Part shown: positions 8,375 to 14,783 of the stretch, piece after piece
Numbering within the stretch: the stretch's first letter is position 1
Layout: every line of letters starts with the position of its first letter
IMG/VR virus record: IMGVR_UViG_3300006639_000017
Span: 1 to 32,456 of that record
DNA from: a virus
Taxonomy: Duplodnaviria > Caudoviricetes
DNA: 32,456 bases
Strand: one strand, 5' to 3'
Position numbers and translations under genes: made by a program
The notes under the pieces: model-generated
Database searches by the model: none
Told to the model about the DNA's origin: nothing
Seen by the model: only the letters and a program-made list of their open reading frames with translations

Positions 8375-8577
8375 AGAACCCAGCCCCCGGCATGTGGGTC
8401 ACGCACTACGGACGCCCCGGTGTCATTGAGGTGATAGGCGTTGCGGGCTACGCAGTGGTCCGCTTTCCGTCATCCGATGGGTTTCCCTTCCCTGATCGGC
8501 AGGTTGTCCGAGTATCGGAGCTTAAGAAGTGCAAGGTAGATACCAAGCAGCCTGACTATGAGCCAGCCCCCTTCTAG
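8371..8577 (+). CDS. Hypothetical protein
   Basis: 68 aa, GGAG SD, ATGA overlap. Confidence 0.65.
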   Translation: MKNPAPGMWVTHYGRPGVIEVIGVAGYAVVRFPSSDGFPFPDRQVVRVSELKKCKVDTKQPDYEPAPF

Positions 8578-8770
8578 GCTGCACCCGACCAAGATCCTGA
8601 TCCTTCGCTTCCTTGAAAAGAACGGACCACAAACCATTCGACAAGTAAGCGAAGAGATCGGGGTGGGTTACACACATACAGGCACCTTGTTGAGGCGGCT
8701 ATACGATATGGGCCTGCTTACTGAAAGTTTCGCAGCAAACAAATCTTATTGGAGGATACGCAGCAGATGA
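8558..8770 (+). CDS. Winged HTH DNA-binding protein
   Basis: ILRFLEKNGPQTIRQVSEEIGVGYTHTGTLLRRLYDMGLL. Confidence 0.72.
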   Translation: MSQPPSRLHPTKILILRFLEKNGPQTIRQVSEEIGVGYTHTGTLLRRLYDMGLLTESFAANKSYWRIRSR

Positions 8771-8970
8771 CTAAAGAAGACATCATCCGCATGGCGCGGG
8801 AGCAAGGACTTCCAGAGACTGAAGTCGAAGGTGTGTTCAGGGTTAATTCTGACGACCTTGGCCGATTGCTTGCTGCCGAGCGTGAGGCGTGTGCGAAGGT
8901 GTGTGATGGATGGCCCGACTACGATGTGCAGGGATTAGCTGAAGCAATCCGCGCAAGGGGGGAGGAATGA
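8767..8970 (+). CDS. Conserved small phage protein
   Basis: MTKEDIIRMARE...AAEREACAKVC...AEAIRARG pattern; GGAGG SD. Confidence 0.75.
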   Translation: MTKEDIIRMAREQGLPETEVEGVFRVNSDDLGRLLAAEREACAKVCDGWPDYDVQGLAEAIRARGEE

Positions 8971-9161
8971 CTAATAATAGAAAGATGAGATGGAATAGAG
9001 AAGACGAACATCCACCGGTACATACTATCCCCGCAGATAAACAGCATGAACCCGCACCACCACAAGTAGTTATCCACGCCAAAAACTGTTGGTCATGGGG
9101 GCCAGCTCATTACGAGTGTGCGTGTAATGAAATATCTAAACTTAGAGGATGGAAGAAATGA
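8967..9161 (+). CDS. Hypothetical protein
   Basis: 64 aa, GGAGG SD, H..NCWSWGPAHYECA motif. Confidence 0.6.
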   Translation: MTNNRKMRWNREDEHPPVHTIPADKQHEPAPPQVVIHAKNCWSWGPAHYECACNEISKLRGWKK

Positions 9162-9757
9162 CAATGCAAACTGCTGTAATTAGTGTCAAGGGTATCGCTC
9201 CCTTGTTAACAAACAATCCCCAAACTGTAGACCGTTTCAATCATTACGCCCGAAAGATGAAGGCGATCAATGACAAAAAGACTCGGCGCACAGACGATGA
9301 CTATCTTGAACTGCGCCAGCTTGAAATGGCGGCTAAGGTTTATTTTGACGACAGTCTCGGTGCATACGTTCCTTCTACATGGATGAGTGAGGGACTAGCG
9401 GGTTCCGCTTTTGCAACAGTCAAACTATCGCGGGACAAACTGCGGGGTGGACTATTCGTGACGGAATCGAAACTGAAACTAAACTACAAGGACTCCGACA
9501 AAGTTAGAGAGTCTTCTGATCTAGTTGGTAATCCCACGTTCCGCCACACTATTGCGCTACCGCAGGGGCAAGTCCGTGTGGTCAAAGTGTTCCCGATCTT
9601 CCATGAATGGTCGTTTAGCGCAAATGTCGAGTATGACGATGCGATCATGGACTTCGGAATGCTAGATCGTATTGCTAAATACGCTGGGAAATACGTTGGG
9701 TTTGGTGATCTTCGTCCGACATTTGGCCGCGCACTTGTGGAGGTAAAAAGTGAGTAA
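9158..9757 (+). CDS. Stand-alone RAMP / Cas7-like RNA-binding protein, putative effector of the adjacent pentamer-repeat array
   Basis: N-terminal strand ISVKGIAPLL, YVPS motif, PIFHEWSF strand, and C-terminal glycine-rich loop AGKYVGFGDLRPTFGRALV, the arrangement typical of RAMP RRM folds; start 9158 by ATGA coupling (alternatives 9149, 9164). Confidence 0.75.
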   Translation: MTMQTAVISVKGIAPLLTNNPQTVDRFNHYARKMKAINDKKTRRTDDDYLELRQLEMAAKVYFDDSLGAYVPSTWMSEGLAGSAFATVKLSRDKLRGGLFVTESKLKLNYKDSDKVRESSDLVGNPTFRHTIALPQGQVRVVKVFPIFHEWSFSANVEYDDAIMDFGMLDRIAKYAGKYVGFGDLRPTFGRALVEVKSE

Positions 9758-10187
9758 CGTATATCGTGACTTATTTGATGAGTTATTCGATTCTCGATTG
9801 CTTGAGTATGGGTCTATCATCTTGAGGGAAGATATTCATAAACTTTTAGATATTAAAGTGCCCGATGTTGGAACTAAAGCTGAGTTTGATCGGATTACTT
9901 TGATCGAATTATCTGCGATTGGTTATGTTCGCGGAGAGCTACTTAAGATGGGGCGTTACTTAGCTGGTACGCCCTCCGGTTATCGTGTTCTTTTGCCGAG
10001 TGAGAACGCTAAACAAGTTGAGCTTTACATAAACGCTGCATCTAAAAAATTGAAGCGGGCACAAACTCTAAGTAGTAACACACCTAAAGAGTACAAAGCC
10101 GACTTGGACCGTTCGGAAGCTCGGTCCGTGATGATGCAAGATGGAATGCGTTCAAGGTTTTCTTTCGCTGGGATTAATGTGCAGTGA
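9750..10187 (+). CDS. Hypothetical accessory protein between the RAMP gene and the array
   Basis: 145 aa, GGAGG SD, overlaps RAMP stop by 8 bp, shares AT-rich composition; C-terminal helical region. Confidence 0.75.
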   Translation: MSNVYRDLFDELFDSRLLEYGSIILREDIHKLLDIKVPDVGTKAEFDRITLIELSAIGYVRGELLKMGRYLAGTPSGYRVLLPSENAKQVELYINAASKKLKRAQTLSSNTPKEYKADLDRSEARSVMMQDGMRSRFSFAGINVQ

Positions 10188-10243
10188 TGGGTACTGCGGG
10201 GCGAAGAAGAGTACCGTAAAGTAGGGCATTACAGGGAATCGCA

Positions 10244-10304
10244 AAGCAACGCGGGGAGTTGGTCGGCAACGGCCGGTTCTCCGAGTCGTTTTGACTCAGA
10301 AGCA
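10244..10304 (+). repeat. Array structured repeat 1
   Basis: AAGCAACGC + 13-bp stem with GCAA tetraloop (10253-10282) + GAGTC-gtttt-GACTC + AGAAGCA. Confidence 0.85.
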
Positions 10305-10370
10305 AAGTAGTGTAGGGCAACAAATAGAACCGCTCGGCGGCGTATTGAACGTCACCGCACCGTATTGAAG

Positions 10371-10430
10371 AGTAACGCGGTCAGTTCATTTAGGTGAATT
10401 GATCGAGTCACTTTCAGGGACTCAGAAGCA
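10371..10430 (+). repeat. Array structured repeat 2
   Basis: AGTAACGC + GGTCAGTTCAT-ttag-GTGAATTGATC stem + GAGTC-actttcagg-GACTC + AGAAGCA. Confidence 0.85.
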
Positions 10431-10480
10431 GAGCAAGACAAGGAAACGTATTGTAAGTTAGTGCAAGGTACGGTACCGAA

Positions 10481-10538
10481 AAGCAACGCGGTCAGTTCAT
10501 CTAGGTGAATTGATCGAGTCGTTTTTGACTCAAACGCA
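10481..10538 (+). repeat. Array structured repeat 3
   Basis: AAGCAACGC + GGTCAGTTCAT-ctag-GTGAATTGATC + GAGTC-gttttt-GACTC + AAACGCA. Confidence 0.85.
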
Positions 10539-10608
10539 ACGGACTGTAGAGCAGTTTGTAGCAACACAAAGCACCACAAATCAATGTACGGCAAAGAAAC
10601 GTATGGTA

Positions 10609-10656
10609 AAGCAACGCGGGGAGTTGGTTGATAACAGCCGAGCCTGCAAGGTAGGC
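10609..10656 (+). repeat. Array terminal (divergent) repeat 4
   Basis: AAGCAACGCGGGGAGTTGGT shared with repeat 1; stem TTGGTTG-ataa-CAGCCGA, then GCCTGC-aag-GTAGGC. Confidence 0.75.
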
Positions 10657-10703
10657 GACGCGAGTAAAGGGGTTGTGTTTAAGGATTACGAGGTGGTTGC
10701 AGC

Positions 10704-10895
10704 ATGAAAGACACTAAAGCCCGAAGGACTTGCAAAAAGTGTAACAGCACATATGGCGCTTCAGCGTTTGCTACCCGCACGGGATTCATTTGCAAATGGT
10801 GTAAAGGAGGGGGACAAATTGTCCCTACCCCAAAGCAATTATCCCCGCAGCATAAACTTACTAAACTCCCTAAACTCCCTACACATGCCCAATAA
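10704..10895 (+). CDS. Small Zn-finger-like protein
   Basis: CKKC...CKWC; GAGG SD. Confidence 0.6.
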   Translation: MKDTKARRTCKKCNSTYGASAFATRTGFICKWCKGGGQIVPTPKQLSPQHKLTKLPKLPTHAQ

Positions 10896-11244
10896 GATAA
10901 AAGTTAACGCGATGTCGTTCGCGTTGTTACTCAAAGAAATGCTTCCCGGCGAATACACATGCGAGGAGTTGGCAGAACGGACAGGGTTGCACTACGTCAC
11001 AGTCCTGCGGTACACACGGGAGATGCACAGGGCGGGGTCCGCTTATATCCGTGCGTGGAGAATGAACCACCGCAAGCAGTACGTTCTTAAAGTCTACGGG
11101 ATCGGAGATCGAGAGGATGTGGATAAACCCCGCACTGCGATGACCCCAGCGCAGCGTCAACTGAAGTACAGAGCCAAACTTAGAAGGAGAGAAGAGTATG
11201 CAAAGCAACATCAACGACAGAATCAACCCCCAGCATTACCGTAA
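10885..11244 (+). CDS. HTH DNA-binding protein
   Basis: TCEELAERTGLHYVTVLRYTREMHRAG HTH; start uncertain (10885 or 10912). Confidence 0.7.
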   Translation: MPNKIKVNAMSFALLLKEMLPGEYTCEELAERTGLHYVTVLRYTREMHRAGSAYIRAWRMNHRKQYVLKVYGIGDREDVDKPRTAMTPAQRQLKYRAKLRRREEYAKQHQRQNQPPALP

Positions 11245-11437
11245 CGGCGAGGTTGAATGTATCGACGCCCTTGCCGCCGCCACCGTCAACAAACCGGGTA
11301 TACAAGCTATCTGTGTTGCGAACGTAATTAAATATCTTTGGCGTTACGAATCTAAAAACCGTCTTGAAGATGTACGCAAGGCGCAGTGGTACCTTGAAAA
11401 ACTTATTGAGGAGTTGGAAAAAAATGACAGACACTAA
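11198..11437 (+). CDS. DUF3310 family protein (T7 gp1.7-like nucleotide kinase domain)
   Basis: INPQHY...ECIDA...NVIKYLWRY..KN..EDVRKAQWYL. Confidence 0.88.
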   Translation: MQSNINDRINPQHYRNGEVECIDALAAATVNKPGIQAICVANVIKYLWRYESKNRLEDVRKAQWYLEKLIEELEKNDRH

Positions 11438-11609
11438 CGATCTTCCTATGCCTGACTTTGGAAGTTGGCGGCACGAAAGCCTAGTACGCTTTGCTGAAGC
11501 GGTATGGGCGGATAACAAAATAGTTCGGGCCGAGCGCGATACTTATAGAGACGCGTGGCGGCAGTTGCTGAAAGAACTTGGGGAAGTAGATGGCAAAACC
11601 GTTCGATAG
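11424..11609 (+). CDS. Hypothetical protein
   Basis: ATG 11424 after GAGGAG; PDFGSW.HESLVRFA motif. Confidence 0.65.
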   Translation: MTDTNDLPMPDFGSWRHESLVRFAEAVWADNKIVRAERDTYRDAWRQLLKELGEVDGKTVR

Positions 11610-13566
11610 AATCTTGCTAGTGGACGCAGAGACGCGCTGGTCTAAGAAGGACTACACACTCAGCAAGGTAACGACCGAGGAGTATGTTCGTGACCCGCGC
11701 TTCAAGGCATTCGGGTTCTGCTTCAAGTGGTACGGCGAGGACAACGAAACGCAGTGGGTTCCGCACAGCAAGCTGCGTTTGTTCCTCAATACAGTCGACT
11801 GGTCTAGAACTGCAGTAATGGCGCACAACGCCATGTTCGACGTAGCCATACTAGCTTGGCACTACGGCGTGTATCCCGCGTTCATTATGGATACGCTGAG
11901 CATGGCGCGGGCGCTGCGTGGCAATGAGGGCAACGGGTTGGCTAAGCTGGCAGAAGAGTTCGGTCTGCCGCCCAAAGGACACGCTGTACACAGTACCGAT
12001 GGGCTTGAAGAGTTAACGCCAGAGATCGAAGAAGAGCTTGCCGCGTACTGTGCGCATGATGTGTTCCTCCTTGAGAAAGTATTCGACCGGCTAAACGAGA
12101 TGGCTGGACCGGCGGGGTACCCGACCAAGGAGTTGCGCCTCATCGACATGGTGATTCGGATGTATATCAACCCGCAGCTTGAGCTTGACGGGGAGATGCT
12201 GAAGCAAGCCATCGTTGAAGAAGAAACGAAGCGTACGGACTTGCTCAACAAGCTGAGCGTTGCAGAGAAGGACTTGGCGAGCAACGAGAAGTTTGCTGAG
12301 CTACTGACTCTGCTCGGTGTAAACCCGCCAGTTAAGACGAGCAAGACGACGGGCAAGGAAGCCTACGCGTTTGCCAAGAACGACGCCCACTTCCAAGCAC
12401 TGCTCAACCATGACGACGAGAACGTGGCGCTGCTGTGCGAAGCACGCATAGCAGTTAAGTCAACGCAGGCTAGGACACGAGCGCAACGGTTCTTCGACAT
12501 CAGTGAGCGCGGCACGCTTCCAGTACCGCTGCACTACTACGCAGCGCACACCGGACGCATGCAGGCGTCGCGCGGGCAAGGGCTGAACCTTCAGAACCTC
12601 AAGCGTGGCTCGTTCTTGCGCAACGCCATCATGGCACCGCTTGGCTACAGCATCGTTGTCTGTGACTTGTCTCAGATTGAGCCGCGCGTGCTGGCTTGGT
12701 TGGCTGACTACGAGTACCTGCTCAACGTGTTCAAGGCAGGCGAAGATCCGTACTCAATGTTCGGTGCGCAGATGTTCGGCATACCGGGGCTTAACAAGGA
12801 GGATCACCCTGACTTGCGCCAGTCTGCCAAGTCAGCACTGCTCGGTGCAGGCTACGGGCTGGGCTGGTGGTCCTTTGCTGCACAGTTGTTAGTAGGATTC
12901 CTCGGTGCTCCACCTGTACGGTACGACAAGAAGTTCGCTAAGCAGATGGGCCTCGATGGTCAGTCTGTTGCTGACTTTATTAGCTGGGAGGTTAATCATG
13001 AGAAGGCGCTGACCATACCGCGTACGTGTACGGATGAAGAAGTAATCGTTCATGCCGTGTGCGCAAAGAACATCATCGAGCGCTATAGGAAAGCAGCGTG
13101 GCCTGTGCGTAGCCTGTGGGAGTTATGCGATAGCCTGATTGAGACTAGCCTGCACGGCGGCAAGCCGTATGACTTCAAGTACCTGCGCTTTGAGAAGGAG
13201 AAGATAGTCCTTCCATCGGGTATGGCTTTGCGGTATCCTAAGCTTACATTTGAGCTTGACGAAAAAAGCAGGAAGCAGTGGTTTTACGGCCCGGATAAAA
13301 CAAAGTTATACGGGGCGAAGTTGGTTGAAAACATTGTGCAAGCAGTCGCACGGTGTGTCATGACAGACGGAATGTTGCGGATACAGAATAGGTATCCGTG
13401 CGTACTGACCGTGCATGACGAGGCAGTTGTATTGGTACCAACGAAGGAAGTTGTAGAGGCTGAACCGTGGGTACTGGCGCAGATGGTGAAGCAGCCATCG
13501 TATATGCCAGATATCCCACTAGCAGCAGAGACAGGCTCCGGCGCTAGGTACGGGCAAGCGAAGTAA
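11590..13566 (+). CDS. polA: DNA polymerase family A with 3'-5' exonuclease
   Basis: Exo DAET / HNAMFD / YCAHD; motif A DLSQIEPR, motif B RQSAKSALLGAGYG, motif C TVHDE. Confidence 0.95.
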   Translation: MAKPFDRILLVDAETRWSKKDYTLSKVTTEEYVRDPRFKAFGFCFKWYGEDNETQWVPHSKLRLFLNTVDWSRTAVMAHNAMFDVAILAWHYGVYPAFIMDTLSMARALRGNEGNGLAKLAEEFGLPPKGHAVHSTDGLEELTPEIEEELAAYCAHDVFLLEKVFDRLNEMAGPAGYPTKELRLIDMVIRMYINPQLELDGEMLKQAIVEEETKRTDLLNKLSVAEKDLASNEKFAELLTLLGVNPPVKTSKTTGKEAYAFAKNDAHFQALLNHDDENVALLCEARIAVKSTQARTRAQRFFDISERGTLPVPLHYYAAHTGRMQASRGQGLNLQNLKRGSFLRNAIMAPLGYSIVVCDLSQIEPRVLAWLADYEYLLNVFKAGEDPYSMFGAQMFGIPGLNKEDHPDLRQSAKSALLGAGYGLGWWSFAAQLLVGFLGAPPVRYDKKFAKQMGLDGQSVADFISWEVNHEKALTIPRTCTDEEVIVHAVCAKNIIERYRKAAWPVRSLWELCDSLIETSLHGGKPYDFKYLRFEKEKIVLPSGMALRYPKLTFELDEKSRKQWFYGPDKTKLYGAKLVENIVQAVARCVMTDGMLRIQNRYPCVLTVHDEAVVLVPTKEVVEAEPWVLAQMVKQPSYMPDIPLAAETGSGARYGQAK

Positions 13567-13593
13567 AGATGTACACACAACAGGAGAGAACAC

Positions 13594-13884
13594 ATGAAGA
13601 TACCTACAAGTTTCAGAATCAAGCGTAAAAAATATACTGTTAAAGGAGGCCAGCCGCGTTCATACCTGCGCGGGCAAACGCATCACGATAAACGCATCAT
13701 TCACGTGTACGAGGACGACAGGCTAGGCATACCGTTCTCCGAGCACGAGCGTGGTGAGACTTTTATTCATGAGCTTACGCATGCGGTTCTCTACGACATG
13801 AAGCATCCGTTGTGGTCCGACGAACGATTCGTCACGCGCTTTGCTGAGCTTTTCTACGAAGCAATCAGAACATCCAAACTATGA
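13594..13884 (+). CDS. Small HExxH zinc metallopeptidase-like protein
   Basis: ETFIHELTHAVL followed by downstream DERFV; AGGAG SD. Confidence 0.75.
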   Translation: MKIPTSFRIKRKKYTVKGGQPRSYLRGQTHHDKRIIHVYEDDRLGIPFSEHERGETFIHELTHAVLYDMKHPLWSDERFVTRFAELFYEAIRTSKL

Positions 13885-14546
13885 GCAAAATCGTCTGGTC
13901 TTACAGTGCATTGAAAGATTACGAGGGCTGCGCGCGGCGCTATCACAGGGTGCGCGTACTCAAAGAAGTTAAACAAGCTAAGACTGAGCAGATCCTGTAC
14001 GGTGAACAGCTACACAAAGCGTGTGAGGACTACACGAATGAGGGCAAGCCACTGCCGGAACAGTTTGCGTTCGTTAAACCTGTTTTATATTCACTGCACG
14101 CTAAGGCTGGGCGAAAGTTTGCAGAGTTCAAGATGGGCGTCCGAGAGGACGGCAGCGCGTGCGACTTCTTTGCGAAGGACGTATGGGTACGCGGTGTAGC
14201 TGACTTGCTAATCATTGACGAAGAGAACCTGACCGCTTGGTGCTTCGACTATAAGACTGGCAATGATCGTTACCCTGATACAGATCAGCTTGAACTTATG
14301 GCCCTGATGACTTTTGCCCATTTTCCACAAGTGCGAAAAGTTAACAGCGCCCTTCTCTTTGTAGTAAAGAACAGCATCGTTAAGTCCAAACTACATAGCA
14401 GCGAAGCTGAAGCAACGTGGTGGAAGTACCGTGAGCGCGTGGCTAGGCTTGCAGCGAGCTACGCCAATGATGTGTGGAATCCGACTCAAACGCCTTTGTG
14501 CGGCTGGTGCCCGGTCAGATCATGCGAGCTAAACCCAAAACATTAG
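13881..14546 (+). CDS. PD-(D/E)XK exonuclease (RecB/Cas4-like phage family)
   Basis: WSYS...C, GEQLH, RGVADL, DYKTG, QLELMA, C-terminal LCGWCPVRSC. Confidence 0.88.
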   Translation: MSKIVWSYSALKDYEGCARRYHRVRVLKEVKQAKTEQILYGEQLHKACEDYTNEGKPLPEQFAFVKPVLYSLHAKAGRKFAEFKMGVREDGSACDFFAKDVWVRGVADLLIIDEENLTAWCFDYKTGNDRYPDTDQLELMALMTFAHFPQVRKVNSALLFVVKNSIVKSKLHSSEAEATWWKYRERVARLAASYANDVWNPTQTPLCGWCPVRSCELNPKH

Positions 14547-14557
14547 GAGAGTACATA

Positions 14558-14782
14558 GTGGAGATACAAACTAGAGAGAGCGTGCTAAGCGCGGATGTGG
14601 GGTTGTTGCTCGACGCTTGGCGGCTACGCTTTGGAACGCGCTGGGTAACTACGGAGGAGACTGAAGCTGATGGCTTCTTCAAAGAAGTTACCGCCCGACT
14701 AGCGTCAACCCCCCATCTTGAATGGCACATAACGGTCGGCACGGGGGCAACCCCGATCTGCCGCCTTGTAGAGAGGTGGTGA
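14558..14782 (+). CDS. Hypothetical protein
   Basis: GTG 14558 after AGGAG; fills the gap. Confidence 0.6.
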   Translation: MEIQTRESVLSADVGLLLDAWRLRFGTRWVTTEETEADGFFKEVTARLASTPHLEWHITVGTGATPICRLVERW

Positions 14783-14783
14783 T

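Larger units (their letters stand above)
10181..10656 (+). ncRNA. Putative guide-RNA array: 4 units of (GHA-NN)12-16 pentamer tract + double hairpin
   Basis: Tracts at 10181-10250, 10302-10376, 10428-10487, 10536-10615; 48/57 pentamers begin with G and 51/57 have A at position 3; each tract ends GYAACGCGG and is followed by two stem-loops with many G-U pairs. Confidence 0.78.

Noticed and set aside
10181-10656. Canonical CRISPR array
   Set aside because: Repeats are ~60 nt, come in two sequence versions, and the 60-80-nt spacers have internal 5-nt periodicity that captured foreign DNA would not show; no cas1/cas2 in the window.
10352-10707. ORFs 10352-10594 (-) and 10510-10707 (+)
   Set aside because: They overlap the structured array, lack a convincing SD, and a 5-nt period is not explained by codon structure; likely spurious.
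10861-10881. Short tandem repeat (CTAAACTCC)x2.3
   Set aside because: In-frame 9-bp duplication encoding KLP-KLP in a small ORF; too short to interpret.
13881-14546. Cas4-like nuclease as the adaptation module of the RAMP array
   Set aside because: It sits in the usual polA-exonuclease-helicase replication block, over 3 kb away; no evidence of linkage.
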